Shown piece after piece: positions 38,256 through 48,033 of a stretch of DNA of 64,000 nucleotides. Each line of letters opens with the position of its first letter. The first letter of the stretch is position 1. Origin of the DNA: Cyanobacteria bacterium P01_A01_bin.123 (GTDB lineage: Bacteria; Cyanobacteriota; Cyanobacteriia; Phormidesmidales; Phormidesmidaceae); assembly GCA_039815185.1 (NCBI GenBank), contig JBCBZT010000031.1:34094-98093 (forward strand), written 5' to 3'. The notes beneath the pieces were generated by a model that was not told the origin of the DNA, did not search any database, and saw only the letters and a list, made by a program, of their open reading frames with translations. A program made the position numbers and the translations under genes.

Positions 38256-40952
38256 CTACTGCCCATTGCCAGTGAGCCCAAATGCCGCCCAGTAATAAGG
38301 ATGGGCATAGTCTTGTCTAATTTGTTGCTGCGCTTGCTGTAAAGCCTCAGCCGTAGACATCCCCTGCTGCAGAAACCCATAGAATTCTGCCATCAATAAG
38401 GCGGTTGCCTGGTCGCTAATGGGCCAGAGGGTAGCGATGACGTTAGGCGTACCCGCAAACAAAAACGCCCGATTCAACCCAATGATCTCATCGCCATCGC
38501 TAGCGTCTCCGACCTGGGTTTGACAGGCGCTAAGCACGACAAGTTGAGTGTGGGTTGTTAAATCTAACTCATAGATTTCGTGAACCTGCAAACGCCCGTC
38601 GCTATCGCCCCCGCCACTATTGCCACCACCGTTATTGTCGATGCCATCGCGACCCCCAACCGCGTCTGTAAACAGAATTTGGCTAAACAGAGGATTGTTG
38701 GCGTTGTACTCACCGTGGGTCGCCAGGTGAAGAATACTGGCTTGATTGGCTTGCGATCGCAGCTGTTCTTCAGTCGCGGCTTTACCAATGACAGGTTGGA
38801 CATCATAGAGGGCCGCAATATCTCGGGCTTCTTCGCCAGCAAACGGTAAATCAAATGTGGGATTGCCAAAAATAACTGGATTGCCCGAGTTTTGGGAGGG
38901 GGCTTCTAAAAACCGCAAGACGTTAGCACTCGGCAGCAGGGTCAGCTGATGGCGATCAATTAAATACTGTTGGCCATCTGTCAGGGCGGCAAAAGGCACA
39001 TAGTGAAGGACACCATGGGGAACAATGGCTAACCGCTCTGTCGTTAGACGGGACTGCAAGGGAGCCATCAACGCTGCCTGTAACTGCTTGAGGCCAGCAG
39101 GGTGAGGTGAGGCGAGGGTGGCAACGTCGTATTCGTAAAAGGACTGCACAGCCTCAGCCGCCGTTGCCCGGTCGAGAGAGAGTTCCTGGGCATGAAAGGT
39201 GTCTTGGGTGATGACGAAGGCTAAAACCCGATCATCAAGCGTAAAGTATTCAACCAGCGTGGTCTGCGAGTCAAGCAACCCTTGAATCACGCCGAGTGAT
39301 GCCGGAGCCACTGCCGTTAAGTCAGCCGCCTGAGGACTTTGCCGCTTCAAACGCTCGATTAACACGAGATAGTCCTGCTGGCGCTGCGCGAGTGTGTCTT
39401 TGAGCGCTGCCATTTGTCCCGGATCTGCGGCGACTAGCGTTAAGCGCTCCAGTTCATCTTGAAGCTGAGTGAGTTCTGCCTTCAGGGATTGTTCACGGAC
39501 TAAAAGTTCACCCTCAACGGTGGTGCGAAACAGAATCGGATCGTTAGCAATTTGGTCTAAAAATGCCCGCGATCGCGATCGCTCGACATAATCAAACGCT
39601 AGCCGATACTCACCGCTATCCCACAGCAGCTCAACTAAACGACTATAAACATGGGCATGCTGAGCGGCAAAGCCACTTTTCAAACGACTGCTTTGAATAT
39701 TGGCCAGGGTAGACTCAAATACCTCATCAACCGCTCGCTGGTAGTAGACCCGAGACTGCTGCGTATCCTCCAAGCTGTCATAGAGCCGACCCAGGTCAGT
39801 TAATACCTGGCCTTGAGTCGGTAAATCATTAATTTCCTCAGCCAGCTGTAGTGCCTCTAAATAAAAAGTCTCGGCTTGGGCATAATCCCCCAAGCTAGCC
39901 AATACATTGCCGATATTGTTTCGCAGTAATGCCTCTTGGGCGCGATCGCCCTGCTGGATATACAGATTTAACGCCTGCTCGTAGGCCGCTAGGGCTTCGT
40001 CGTAGCGCTGCTGAGCGGCATAAAAGCCACCAATATTATTAGCCAATACGGCTTCTTGTACCGGATTAATGCTGGCGGTAGGCCCTTGCCGCCGTAGATC
40101 CAGCACCTCCTGATAGCGTTGCTCTGCAGCTGTCAAATCATCTTGAACAATATGAATGGAGGCGATGTTGATTAATGTGGCAATCGTGCTGATTCTATCA
40201 ATACCGCTAATGGATAGCGCTTGCTCATAGGTTTGCAAAGCTTGCGCATAGTCCCCCAAGCTGTAATAGGTGACACCGATATTATTGAGCACACGACTTT
40301 CGCCTTGGGGGTCTACGCCTGCGATAACGCTGAGCGCTTGTTCGTGCACTCTCAAAGCGTCTTCGTACTGAGCTTGGCTGCGGAGGAGATTTGCAATTTC
40401 GTTGAGCACAATTGCCCGTTCGCGTTGGCTACCGAGATCGGTATGTATGGCCAGGGCTTGATCGTAACGTGACTGCGCCTGACCATACTCCCCCAGTGCC
40501 TGCAAGGAACGCCCTATCTCGGTCAGCACGAGGGCGCGATTGAATTGAATACTGCGAAGATTTGTGGCATTGTCTGTGCCCGTATAACGCGTCTCTAATT
40601 GATCCCACAGATCTAATGAGAGCTGATGTTGGTCAATCGCACTCGCATACCGCCCGATTGCATAGTAGGTGCGGCCAAGTTCATAGAGCGCTTCTGCAGC
40701 CAAGGCCTGATCATTCGCCGCGATCGCCAAATTGACGGCCGACTGTAGGGAATTGAGGGCAGCTTCATAGGCCTGTTGGCTAAACTGCTGGCGACCCTGC
40801 TGATAGAGCTGTTCGGCATCTAGAGATTGGGCGATCGCAGGCTCATTTAACTCGATCCTGACTGTGCCATCAAACCCAGCCAGCCCGATCGAACTACAAA
40901 CCCCCATGAAGAGAATGGCAATAAACTTTGGGACTGGGTGATGCAAGGCCAT
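38256..40952 (-). CDS. TPR + CHAT (caspase-like) domain protein with signal peptide
   Basis: Multiple TPRs (LNNIG), ERSRSRAFLD, IVPHGVLHYVPF, catalytic LHLATHG and VVLSACQT, HPYYWAAF. Confidence 0.92.
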   Translation of the reverse strand: MALHHPVPKFIAILFMGVCSSIGLAGFDGTVRIELNEPAIAQSLDAEQLYQQGRQQFSQQAYEAALNSLQSAVNLAIAANDQALAAEALYELGRTYYAIGRYASAIDQHQLSLDLWDQLETRYTGTDNATNLRSIQFNRALVLTEIGRSLQALGEYGQAQSRYDQALAIHTDLGSQRERAIVLNEIANLLRSQAQYEDALRVHEQALSVIAGVDPQGESRVLNNIGVTYYSLGDYAQALQTYEQALSISGIDRISTIATLINIASIHIVQDDLTAAEQRYQEVLDLRRQGPTASINPVQEAVLANNIGGFYAAQQRYDEALAAYEQALNLYIQQGDRAQEALLRNNIGNVLASLGDYAQAETFYLEALQLAEEINDLPTQGQVLTDLGRLYDSLEDTQQSRVYYQRAVDEVFESTLANIQSSRLKSGFAAQHAHVYSRLVELLWDSGEYRLAFDYVERSRSRAFLDQIANDPILFRTTVEGELLVREQSLKAELTQLQDELERLTLVAADPGQMAALKDTLAQRQQDYLVLIERLKRQSPQAADLTAVAPASLGVIQGLLDSQTTLVEYFTLDDRVLAFVITQDTFHAQELSLDRATAAEAVQSFYEYDVATLASPHPAGLKQLQAALMAPLQSRLTTERLAIVPHGVLHYVPFAALTDGQQYLIDRHQLTLLPSANVLRFLEAPSQNSGNPVIFGNPTFDLPFAGEEARDIAALYDVQPVIGKAATEEQLRSQANQASILHLATHGEYNANNPLFSQILFTDAVGGRDGIDNNGGGNSGGGDSDGRLQVHEIYELDLTTHTQLVVLSACQTQVGDASDGDEIIGLNRAFLFAGTPNVIATLWPISDQATALLMAEFYGFLQQGMSTAEALQQAQQQIRQDYAHPYYWAAFGLTGNGQ

Positions 40953-40995
40953 GACATTATTTCCTGACGGTTACCGTGTCGACTGTCTCAAGCAG

Positions 40996-41898
40996 TTAAT
41001 CATTAAATGTGGCCAGCCAATTGGCAATAGCCTCGGCTTCAGCCTCGTGATTAAGGCGTAAGTAAAGGGCTTGGGCTTCATTCAGAAGCCGTACGGCCTC
41101 ATCAGGATTACGCGTGCCCAGCGCCAGGTGGGCCAAGAACACATTAGCGTCTGCTTGTTCAGCTAAATTGCCAGTGTCTAGGGCCAGTGCTCTGGTTTGG
41201 GTAAAGGCATTGCCCGCACGCGTATTGAGATTGACCTGCAGATACAGTTCCCCCAACAAGCGATAGAGCGCGACCGACTGAATGCTTGCATCACTGAGAT
41301 TCTCAAGTAGGGCGATCGCGTCACTCATTAAGTTGTAATCACGATAGAGTCTGGCCCGCGCCAGGTCTGCATCCAAAGGGGTGAGATTTTGGGCTGCGAT
41401 CGCACCTAAATCTGCTTCTAACCGCTCAACATCCGCTTCGGGTAATCGGTAGAAAGATAGCCCCGGCAATCCCTCATCGGCAGACGAGATGATCGTGGGG
41501 TTGCTGGTGCCTGAGTTCAGTTGGGTTTTGATGATTAAGGAATATTGCACATCAAATTCCAAAGCAGGAGAACCTGCATAGGCAATTTCGCTAGTCTCGG
41601 CAACGGTCTCCCAAAGTACCCCGTCCGGGCCTCGCAAGGTAACCGTATAGGTGGAGGCTGACGGTACCGGATTCCATTGGAATTGAGGAGTAGAGCCGAG
41701 GATAGCTGTCCTGCGGGGTGTGATCACATAGGGAATATCTGATCGCGTCCCCCCTCGTGGGCTGCCGACTTGGGGTTGTCCCCCGGTAAACAATTCCCGT
41801 AAGAATCGCCAACCCGGTACGGCCATGGCCGGCATGATTAGGCTGTTGCCGACCAGCAGAATGGTAATGACTGCTGTTGCCAGTTGTTTTAGCTTCAC
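40996..41898 (-). CDS. Secreted protein with DUF928-like N-terminus and C-terminal TPR-like helices
   Basis: Signal peptide, GSPRGGTR, PQFQWNPV; overlaps the upstream gene by 4 nt. Confidence 0.65.
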   Translation of the reverse strand: MKLKQLATAVITILLVGNSLIMPAMAVPGWRFLRELFTGGQPQVGSPRGGTRSDIPYVITPRRTAILGSTPQFQWNPVPSASTYTVTLRGPDGVLWETVAETSEIAYAGSPALEFDVQYSLIIKTQLNSGTSNPTIISSADEGLPGLSFYRLPEADVERLEADLGAIAAQNLTPLDADLARARLYRDYNLMSDAIALLENLSDASIQSVALYRLLGELYLQVNLNTRAGNAFTQTRALALDTGNLAEQADANVFLAHLALGTRNPDEAVRLLNEAQALYLRLNHEAEAEAIANWLATFND

Positions 41899-43532
41899 TG
41901 TGGTTCCTCCAAATCACCCTGAATACGCTGACCCGCTTTGAAGAACCACTCATGTTCTTCAGGATTTTGCAACGTTTCGGGATAGCTACGGCAATCTTGC
42001 CAGGCCATCAGGGCCCGCTGGGAACTTTCAAGCGCCTCCAGACTCTGAGCCAGCAGACAATAGGCTACGGCCCTCTGATCGTCTAGCTCAATAGCTTGCT
42101 GCAGCCGATTCACGGCTTCTCGATGAAAACCTAAGCCCTGCAATGCCCAGGCCGTATTTTTGAGCAACGTGTAGCGCAGTTCTGAATTTGTGTTTGCATC
42201 TTGGGTGTAGTGCTGCACTTGGGGATTTTGCAATAGGTTGAGGGCTTCGAGGTAATTTTCATCCAGCATTTGCAACCGCGCTAGGTTATTGTAAGCCTCG
42301 ATCTGCCCGCCCTGGGTCGCCAACGCATATTCCGAACGTGCTTGCCCGTAGTCCTGCAAATCTTCGTAAAGTAACCCTAGGTTGTAGTGGGCTTGGGGAA
42401 GGTTCGGGTAAAGCGCAATTGCCCGTTGATAATTTGCTTCCGCGCTGCTGAAATCTCCCGCGCGATAATCTAGTAGGCCTAAATTGTTATAAGCCCTGGC
42501 AAAGATTGGCAATGAGGAACGCATGCCAATGAAGATAAATAGCAGGACTGTCGCGCCTAAGCACCGGATTTCCTGCCAATAGTGCTTAGGCAGCTGTAAC
42601 GTCTCTAAAGCCCGCGCCACGAGCTGCTTGCCCGTCTTGGTTAGGGAACCACCGCCAATCAGTGCTAAAGACGCCTGTGTAATCACCGCAAACCCGCCAA
42701 CGACCCCAGGCCCGCCAGTTAGAAACCGGGTTACGGTATCTGTCAACAAACTAAAGCTTGCCGTTAGAAACACCAGCGTCAGCGCATTCCAAACCCAATC
42801 TAAGCTATCCCACCAATGAACATTGACTTTAGAGAACCACCACCAGGCATCGACGGGCGGATTAAACACACGACGCACCTTGTCGAGTTGATCGAGCATC
42901 TTGCTCAAATGACGGCGATCGGCCTGCTGAGAAAGGTCGTCTAGCTGGTGTCGAAAGTGGTCATCCAGCTGCCCCAATTTTGCTAACTGCTCGGCACTGA
43001 GTTCACCACTTTCGACCTGTTGCTGCAACCCATCGCGGACGCGATAAACTTCTAAAATTTGCCGCGTCAACCCGATGTGATGCTCTGTAGTCGGTGCCGC
43101 AATCGCCGCTGCCGCAACAGTCGCCTCCGCATCTGCAGACTGTTGCAGGGACGAGTCAGCCAATCTCGAAGGGTAATTGTCGAGCTGCGTAATCAGGTGT
43201 TCATAGACACTCATGGGGTCGAGTTGCTGGGGCCGATTGGCCTCATCTAAAAACCACCACCAAGCCTGCGGCTGAGGATTGACTAAGGCCCGCCAGCTAG
43301 CAAAATCAAAGATTTGTAGGGCTTGTTCAACCCGGCTTTTTAGGCGCTGATCGTACTGGAGGATCACCAGCAGCATGGCAGAAGAGACCGACGTTTGCTG
43401 CAGTGCCTGCTGGACGCGATCGCGATTCACCAAAACCGTCAAGGCCTCTTCGGGCGTTGGATCATCAGACTGCTCTAGCGTGATTAGCGCGGCCCCATAT
43501 TGATTCAGGACATCATCAATCGGGAAAGTCAT
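41895..43532 (-). CDS. Membrane protein with C-terminal TPRs
   Basis: Central TM helices; YNNLG, AHYNLGLLYE, AYNNLARL TPRs. Confidence 0.8.
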   Translation of the reverse strand: MTFPIDDVLNQYGAALITLEQSDDPTPEEALTVLVNRDRVQQALQQTSVSSAMLLVILQYDQRLKSRVEQALQIFDFASWRALVNPQPQAWWWFLDEANRPQQLDPMSVYEHLITQLDNYPSRLADSSLQQSADAEATVAAAAIAAPTTEHHIGLTRQILEVYRVRDGLQQQVESGELSAEQLAKLGQLDDHFRHQLDDLSQQADRRHLSKMLDQLDKVRRVFNPPVDAWWWFSKVNVHWWDSLDWVWNALTLVFLTASFSLLTDTVTRFLTGGPGVVGGFAVITQASLALIGGGSLTKTGKQLVARALETLQLPKHYWQEIRCLGATVLLFIFIGMRSSLPIFARAYNNLGLLDYRAGDFSSAEANYQRAIALYPNLPQAHYNLGLLYEDLQDYGQARSEYALATQGGQIEAYNNLARLQMLDENYLEALNLLQNPQVQHYTQDANTNSELRYTLLKNTAWALQGLGFHREAVNRLQQAIELDDQRAVAYCLLAQSLEALESSQRALMAWQDCRSYPETLQNPEEHEWFFKAGQRIQGDLEEPQ

Positions 43533-43789
43533 TCGGACATGCAGGTTTGGAGAATACTCGATTTGGCCTAGCTAAACTTCAAGGCCATGAGCAAGTTAGC
43601 CGAATCAAATCAGCTAGCTCGAAGTTTATCGTCAAATCCCCTGGTTGTTAAAAGGACTTCGACTTTCCTTAGGTTTGCCACGCCGTTTAGCTCAGCAGTG
43701 TGGTTTTGTTGGCGTTGCTAAATGGATTGACTCAACTTGGGTTATGGGCTGTACAAAAAACGTACACGTAAGTAAACGTTATACTAATG

Positions 43790-43836
43790 GGTAAACGTCT
43801 AGTGCTGCCCCAACGCTTCGTCCCTACCTGTAGTGC
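43790..43836 (+). promoter_or_regulatory. Tandem NrdR boxes upstream of nrdJ
   Basis: GGTAAACGTCTAGTGC (43790) and TCCCTACCTGTAGTGC (43821), 31 bp apart, resemble the consensus acaCwAtATaTwGtgt and lie directly upstream of an RNR gene. Confidence 0.6.
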
Positions 43837-43985
43837 TTAAGTTTTTGTTGCGGCAGAGCAAAACGCTAGATCTGACGCTATGATAATCACTCATTGCGAT
43901 CGCGAGGCGTTAATCAACCCACTGCGATCGCCGTGCATCTCAGACTAACCACACAAAACTCCAGAGCTTAGCTAAGGCATTCCCT

Positions 43986-46166
43986 ATGGTTCAAGAACTC
44001 CAGCGCACCCGTTCCCAAAGCGCGTTTCCTGAAACAGCGCCCGCTGCTTATCCCGTGTTTTATCGCACCTATAGCCGTCGGGGAGAAGCTGGCCCCGCTC
44101 GAGAGACCTGGCAACAAGTCTGCGATCGCACCCTAACGGGGCTCACCGAACTAGGGCACTTGAACGCTGAAGAAGCGGCCTTAATCGGACGCATGCAGCG
44201 GCAAGTGAAAGCCCTCCCCTCCGGGCGCTGGCTATGGGTTGGGGGCACTGCCTGGAGCAAGAACCCAGAAAACTTTTCCGGCGCTTATAACTGCACCAGC
44301 ACCAATGTCGTGGACTGGCAAGCCTTTGGCCTCATGATGGATTTGGCCATGATGGGCTGCGGCACCGGAGCCGTATTAGAGCCCAAGTATATCAACCAGT
44401 TGCCCGCCCCGCGTAATCATCTGACCATCACCCTCAGCGGCAAGGTCGGCACCACGCCGCCAGGACAACGGCGGGAACGCACCGAGGTGCGTATCGATGG
44501 TAATCGAGTTGATGTTTTGGTTGGGGATAGCCGCAAGGGTTGGGTCAAGTCCTACCAGACGATATTGGAACTCTCCAGTGACGAGCGCTTTACTGATACG
44601 GTGACGATCACCGTTGACTTGAGCGATGTCCGCCCTGCAGGCGAAAGGCTCAGCGGCTTTGGCGGGGTTGCTAATCCGGTGAAGCTGCCCAGCTTATACG
44701 AACGCTGCGCCAACATCCTCAACAAAGCCATTGGCCGCAAACTCAACTCAGTGGAATGTTGCTTGCTGATCGACGAAGCTGCCGCTTGCGTCGTCGCAGG
44801 AAACATCCGGCGCAGCGCAGGGATGCGTCAGTTCGACAGCGAAGACACCCTAGCCACCAATGCCAAAGACAACCTCTGGCAGCAAGACGCCGATGGGAAC
44901 TGGCGCATTGATTCCGAACGGGATGCCCTACGCATGGCCAACCATACCCGCGTTTTCCATCGCAAGCCGACGCTGCAAGAGTGTAGTGATGCCGTCCGCA
45001 AGCAGTTTTACTCTGGGGAAGGGGCAATCCAATGGGCGGGTGAAGCCGAGCGCAGAGCAGGCGCACCAGGGCGTTATGGTCTCAATCCTTGTGGAGAAAT
45101 TATCGGGGAAGATTTCCACTGCAACTTGGCGGAAATTCACCTCAATCAGCTCGATCCGCAAAATCTGCAAGAGCAAGAAGATGCCTTTACCGCTGGTGCT
45201 TTAGCCGTAGCGGTGCTGCTCAACCACCAGTTTGTTGAAGCCCGCTATCAAAAATCTCGCCTGGAAGACCCCATTGTTGGGGTGTCATTCACCGGGCTAT
45301 TTGACTTCTTCGTCAACGCCTTTGGGGTGGAATGGCTCAACTGGTGGGCAGCCGGACGGCCAGACACCATGCAGGGGATTGAGTTCAAGAAACAAGAAGA
45401 AGCCTACCTCAGCCGTTGGAAATCCACTGTACATCGGGTGGTAGGTGACTACTGCGATCGCCATGGGTTAGTCCGCCCTAATCGTTGCACTACCGTCCAA
45501 CCCGCTGGCACTAAGTCCTTGTTGACTGGTGCTTCTCCGGGTTGGCACCCCCCCAAAGCCCAGCGATTCATCCGCCGCATCACCTTCCGCAAGAACGATC
45601 CGGTGGCGATGGCCTGCATCGACTATGGCTATACCGTAGTACCCTCCCAGTCCGATAAGGATGAGCATGGCAACCTGCTAACGGATCCCTTCGATCCGCG
45701 CTGTACTGAATGGTTGGTTGAACTGCCGGTAGAAGTATCTTGGGCCAATCTGCCCGGTGCCGACACCGTGGCGATTGAGAAATTCTCGGCCCTGGCTCAG
45801 TTTGATTTCTACATGCAGGTGCAAAAGCATTACACTGCCCACAACACCTCTGCCACCGTTGAACTGCGCGAACCCGAAATTGAGCCCTTAGCCCAGCGCA
45901 TTTACCAGGCGATTGAAACTGATGAGGGGTATATTTCAGCAGCGCTGCTGGCTCGGTTTGACAACCTGCAAACCTTCCCTCGGTTGCCCTTTGAACCCAT
46001 TGATAAAGCCACTTACGATGCCATGGTAGATCAAGTGAACGCCCGCCGTGGCACGGAAGATTTTCATACAGCCCTATCGCGCTATGACGCTGGGGAACTG
46101 ATTGAAGCCGGGCCAGCAGGATGTGACTCTGACAAGTGCATGCTGCCAGAGCAGAAGCCCAACTAA
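43986..46166 (+). CDS. nrdJ: Class II (adenosylcobalamin-dependent) ribonucleoside-triphosphate reductase
   Basis: PVFYRTYSR, AYNC, VAGNIRRSA, GLNPCGEI, TTVQPAGTKS, C-terminal GCDSDKC. Confidence 0.95.
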   Translation: MVQELQRTRSQSAFPETAPAAYPVFYRTYSRRGEAGPARETWQQVCDRTLTGLTELGHLNAEEAALIGRMQRQVKALPSGRWLWVGGTAWSKNPENFSGAYNCTSTNVVDWQAFGLMMDLAMMGCGTGAVLEPKYINQLPAPRNHLTITLSGKVGTTPPGQRRERTEVRIDGNRVDVLVGDSRKGWVKSYQTILELSSDERFTDTVTITVDLSDVRPAGERLSGFGGVANPVKLPSLYERCANILNKAIGRKLNSVECCLLIDEAAACVVAGNIRRSAGMRQFDSEDTLATNAKDNLWQQDADGNWRIDSERDALRMANHTRVFHRKPTLQECSDAVRKQFYSGEGAIQWAGEAERRAGAPGRYGLNPCGEIIGEDFHCNLAEIHLNQLDPQNLQEQEDAFTAGALAVAVLLNHQFVEARYQKSRLEDPIVGVSFTGLFDFFVNAFGVEWLNWWAAGRPDTMQGIEFKKQEEAYLSRWKSTVHRVVGDYCDRHGLVRPNRCTTVQPAGTKSLLTGASPGWHPPKAQRFIRRITFRKNDPVAMACIDYGYTVVPSQSDKDEHGNLLTDPFDPRCTEWLVELPVEVSWANLPGADTVAIEKFSALAQFDFYMQVQKHYTAHNTSATVELREPEIEPLAQRIYQAIETDEGYISAALLARFDNLQTFPRLPFEPIDKATYDAMVDQVNARRGTEDFHTALSRYDAGELIEAGPAGCDSDKCMLPEQKPN

Positions 46167-46198
46167 ATCACGTCCGATCGCAAAACCAAACAACAAGG

Positions 46199-46235
46199 CG
46201 GAGTAGAGGAAATTGCATCCTCTACTCCGTTTTTT
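46199..46235 (+). terminator. Intrinsic terminator after nrdJ
   Basis: CGGAGTAGAGGA-aattgca-TCCTCTACTCCG followed by a T run, between convergent genes. Confidence 0.85.
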
Positions 46236-46238
46236 CTA

Positions 46239-46745
46239 TCAGGGTAAAAGATCGCTATCTTCCTGAGGGATCTCCTCGGTCTCTGGTATCTGAACTTCAG
46301 GCGTACTGCCTTCTGAGACGATTAGACTATAGTTGCCTTGGCCAGTATTATCAAAAGCGTTGGCAACAACAACGTAAGTCCCGGCTTCAGGTAGGGTTAT
46401 CGTCAAGGCTGAGTTGGTATCAGATTCACTCACATCGTCATTTTCACCAATCGTTTGCCCTTCCTCATCGACCAAAAGCAAATAGGTGTCAAACTCTTCA
46501 CTCGCCATCTGAATTGTGATGGTTTGCTCTGCTTCTGCATCAAAGGGGTAGAGGTCATAGAGGCTACCGTCACCCAGCGTGTCATCGCCGGCTTCTAATA
46601 CGCCTTCGATCTCCAGTAGTGCTGTTTCGTCCGCTGCTGCCATCAACGGCACGCCTGCCAACGCGATCACCGCTGCGATCAGCCCCAATCGCATCCCTGT
46701 TTTGTAAACCTGACCTCGTGTTTTGAACATTTTATGCGTCCTCAC
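46239..46745 (-). CDS. Secreted PPC (pre-peptidase C-terminal) domain protein
   Basis: Signal peptide, FDTYLLLVD..G..IGENDD, LPEAGTYVVVANAF...GQGNYSL. Confidence 0.85.
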   Translation of the reverse strand: MRTHKMFKTRGQVYKTGMRLGLIAAVIALAGVPLMAAADETALLEIEGVLEAGDDTLGDGSLYDLYPFDAEAEQTITIQMASEEFDTYLLLVDEEGQTIGENDDVSESDTNSALTITLPEAGTYVVVANAFDNTGQGNYSLIVSEGSTPEVQIPETEEIPQEDSDLLP

Positions 46746-46985
46746 TGAGATAACTGGATCCTTCCCAGGCTATCTAATGTATTCACCGATTGGGGAAAAT
46801 GAGTTTGAAAATTGCAAAAGTTGGTATTGAGCAGTCCGCCGCTGACTGAGTCAGTATGGTAATTAGACTCCATCCAGTTTGAAATCTTGAGTCTTTAGCA
46901 CCAGGAGGAAACATAGCGCTGGATGTGATCAAGGTTAACCTGCGAAATACGTTGCTATTATTTGGGAATTTTCGGAATACGCCCC

Positions 46986-47996
46986 ATGACTGCTCTCGCC
47001 AATCAACCTCAGCTGCAAACCTTTATCAATCGCCGTAAGCCGCTTTGGGATGCGGCTGCGATCGCTTATGCGCTGCTCAGCTATTTAACGGGGCTAACCC
47101 TGATTCTGCAATCTAGCATTTGGCTGAATCTTCCAGGGGTTTTGCTGTTAACCCATAGCTTGGTGTACTCAGCTTATCTGTCCCATGAGTTTATGCACGG
47201 CTCTATTTTCCCCGGTCGCCGTTGGAATGTGATTTGGGGCACAGTGATGCTGTGGCTCAACGGCGGCTGCTACGGCAGTTTCGATCAACTGGCTGTGCAG
47301 CATATTGCCCACCATGTCAATCGCGTTGACTTTTCAGGGTTTAACCTGGTTGAAACCATTCAGTCACTCCCGAAGCCAGTATGCTGGGTTATTTTGGGGC
47401 TAGAGTGGCTCTATTTCCCCGTGATTTCGGTTTGGTTGCAGTGGCGTGGTGCGCTAAAAACTTGGCGAAATCCTGATCAGCGGCTGCGCGTTGCCGCGAC
47501 TTTGGTGATTCGCGTGGGGTTGTTTGCATTGATGGGGATGTTTGCGCCCAAGGCGTTGGTGTTTTACTTCATTGCCTATGTCAGCATGCTCAATTTGCTA
47601 CGTTGGATGGATGCGTTTCAGCATACCTATGAGGTGTTTCCAGCCGGGATGCCTGTGCCGGAGCGATCGCATGAACATGAGCAAGCCAACACGTTTTCGA
47701 CATTGCTTTCGCCGCGCTATCGGTGGCTTAATTTGCTGATGCTCAACTTTGGCTATCACAACGCTCACCATGAAGTGATGAAGTGTCCTTGGCACAGTTT
47801 GCCAGCGCTAGATCGAACCCTGTTCAAAGGTGATGAAGTTCACTACATTCCGTTGTTCCAGCTAATCGGCAACTACCATCGCTTCCGCATCAAGCGCATT
47901 TTTTTAGGGCAGGGACAAGCTGCTGATGAAATGCGACAACCCACTCCCGATTTGTTTTACGGTGCCGTTGGGGTTTCGTTTTTGACAGTTTTTTAA
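46986..47996 (+). CDS. Fatty acid desaturase family protein
   Basis: His boxes HEFMH, HIAHH, HNAHH with TM segments; ATG 46986 chosen as start. Confidence 0.88.
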   Translation: MTALANQPQLQTFINRRKPLWDAAAIAYALLSYLTGLTLILQSSIWLNLPGVLLLTHSLVYSAYLSHEFMHGSIFPGRRWNVIWGTVMLWLNGGCYGSFDQLAVQHIAHHVNRVDFSGFNLVETIQSLPKPVCWVILGLEWLYFPVISVWLQWRGALKTWRNPDQRLRVAATLVIRVGLFALMGMFAPKALVFYFIAYVSMLNLLRWMDAFQHTYEVFPAGMPVPERSHEHEQANTFSTLLSPRYRWLNLLMLNFGYHNAHHEVMKCPWHSLPALDRTLFKGDEVHYIPLFQLIGNYHRFRIKRIFLGQGQAADEMRQPTPDLFYGAVGVSFLTVF

Positions 47997-48033
47997 TTGA
48001 AAACTATAAAGACCTAAACCTAGCTTTCAGTCA

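Noticed and set aside
43533..43985. Cobalamin riboswitch upstream of nrdJ
   Set aside because: No B12-box or conserved GGGAA/GCCACTG arrangement found
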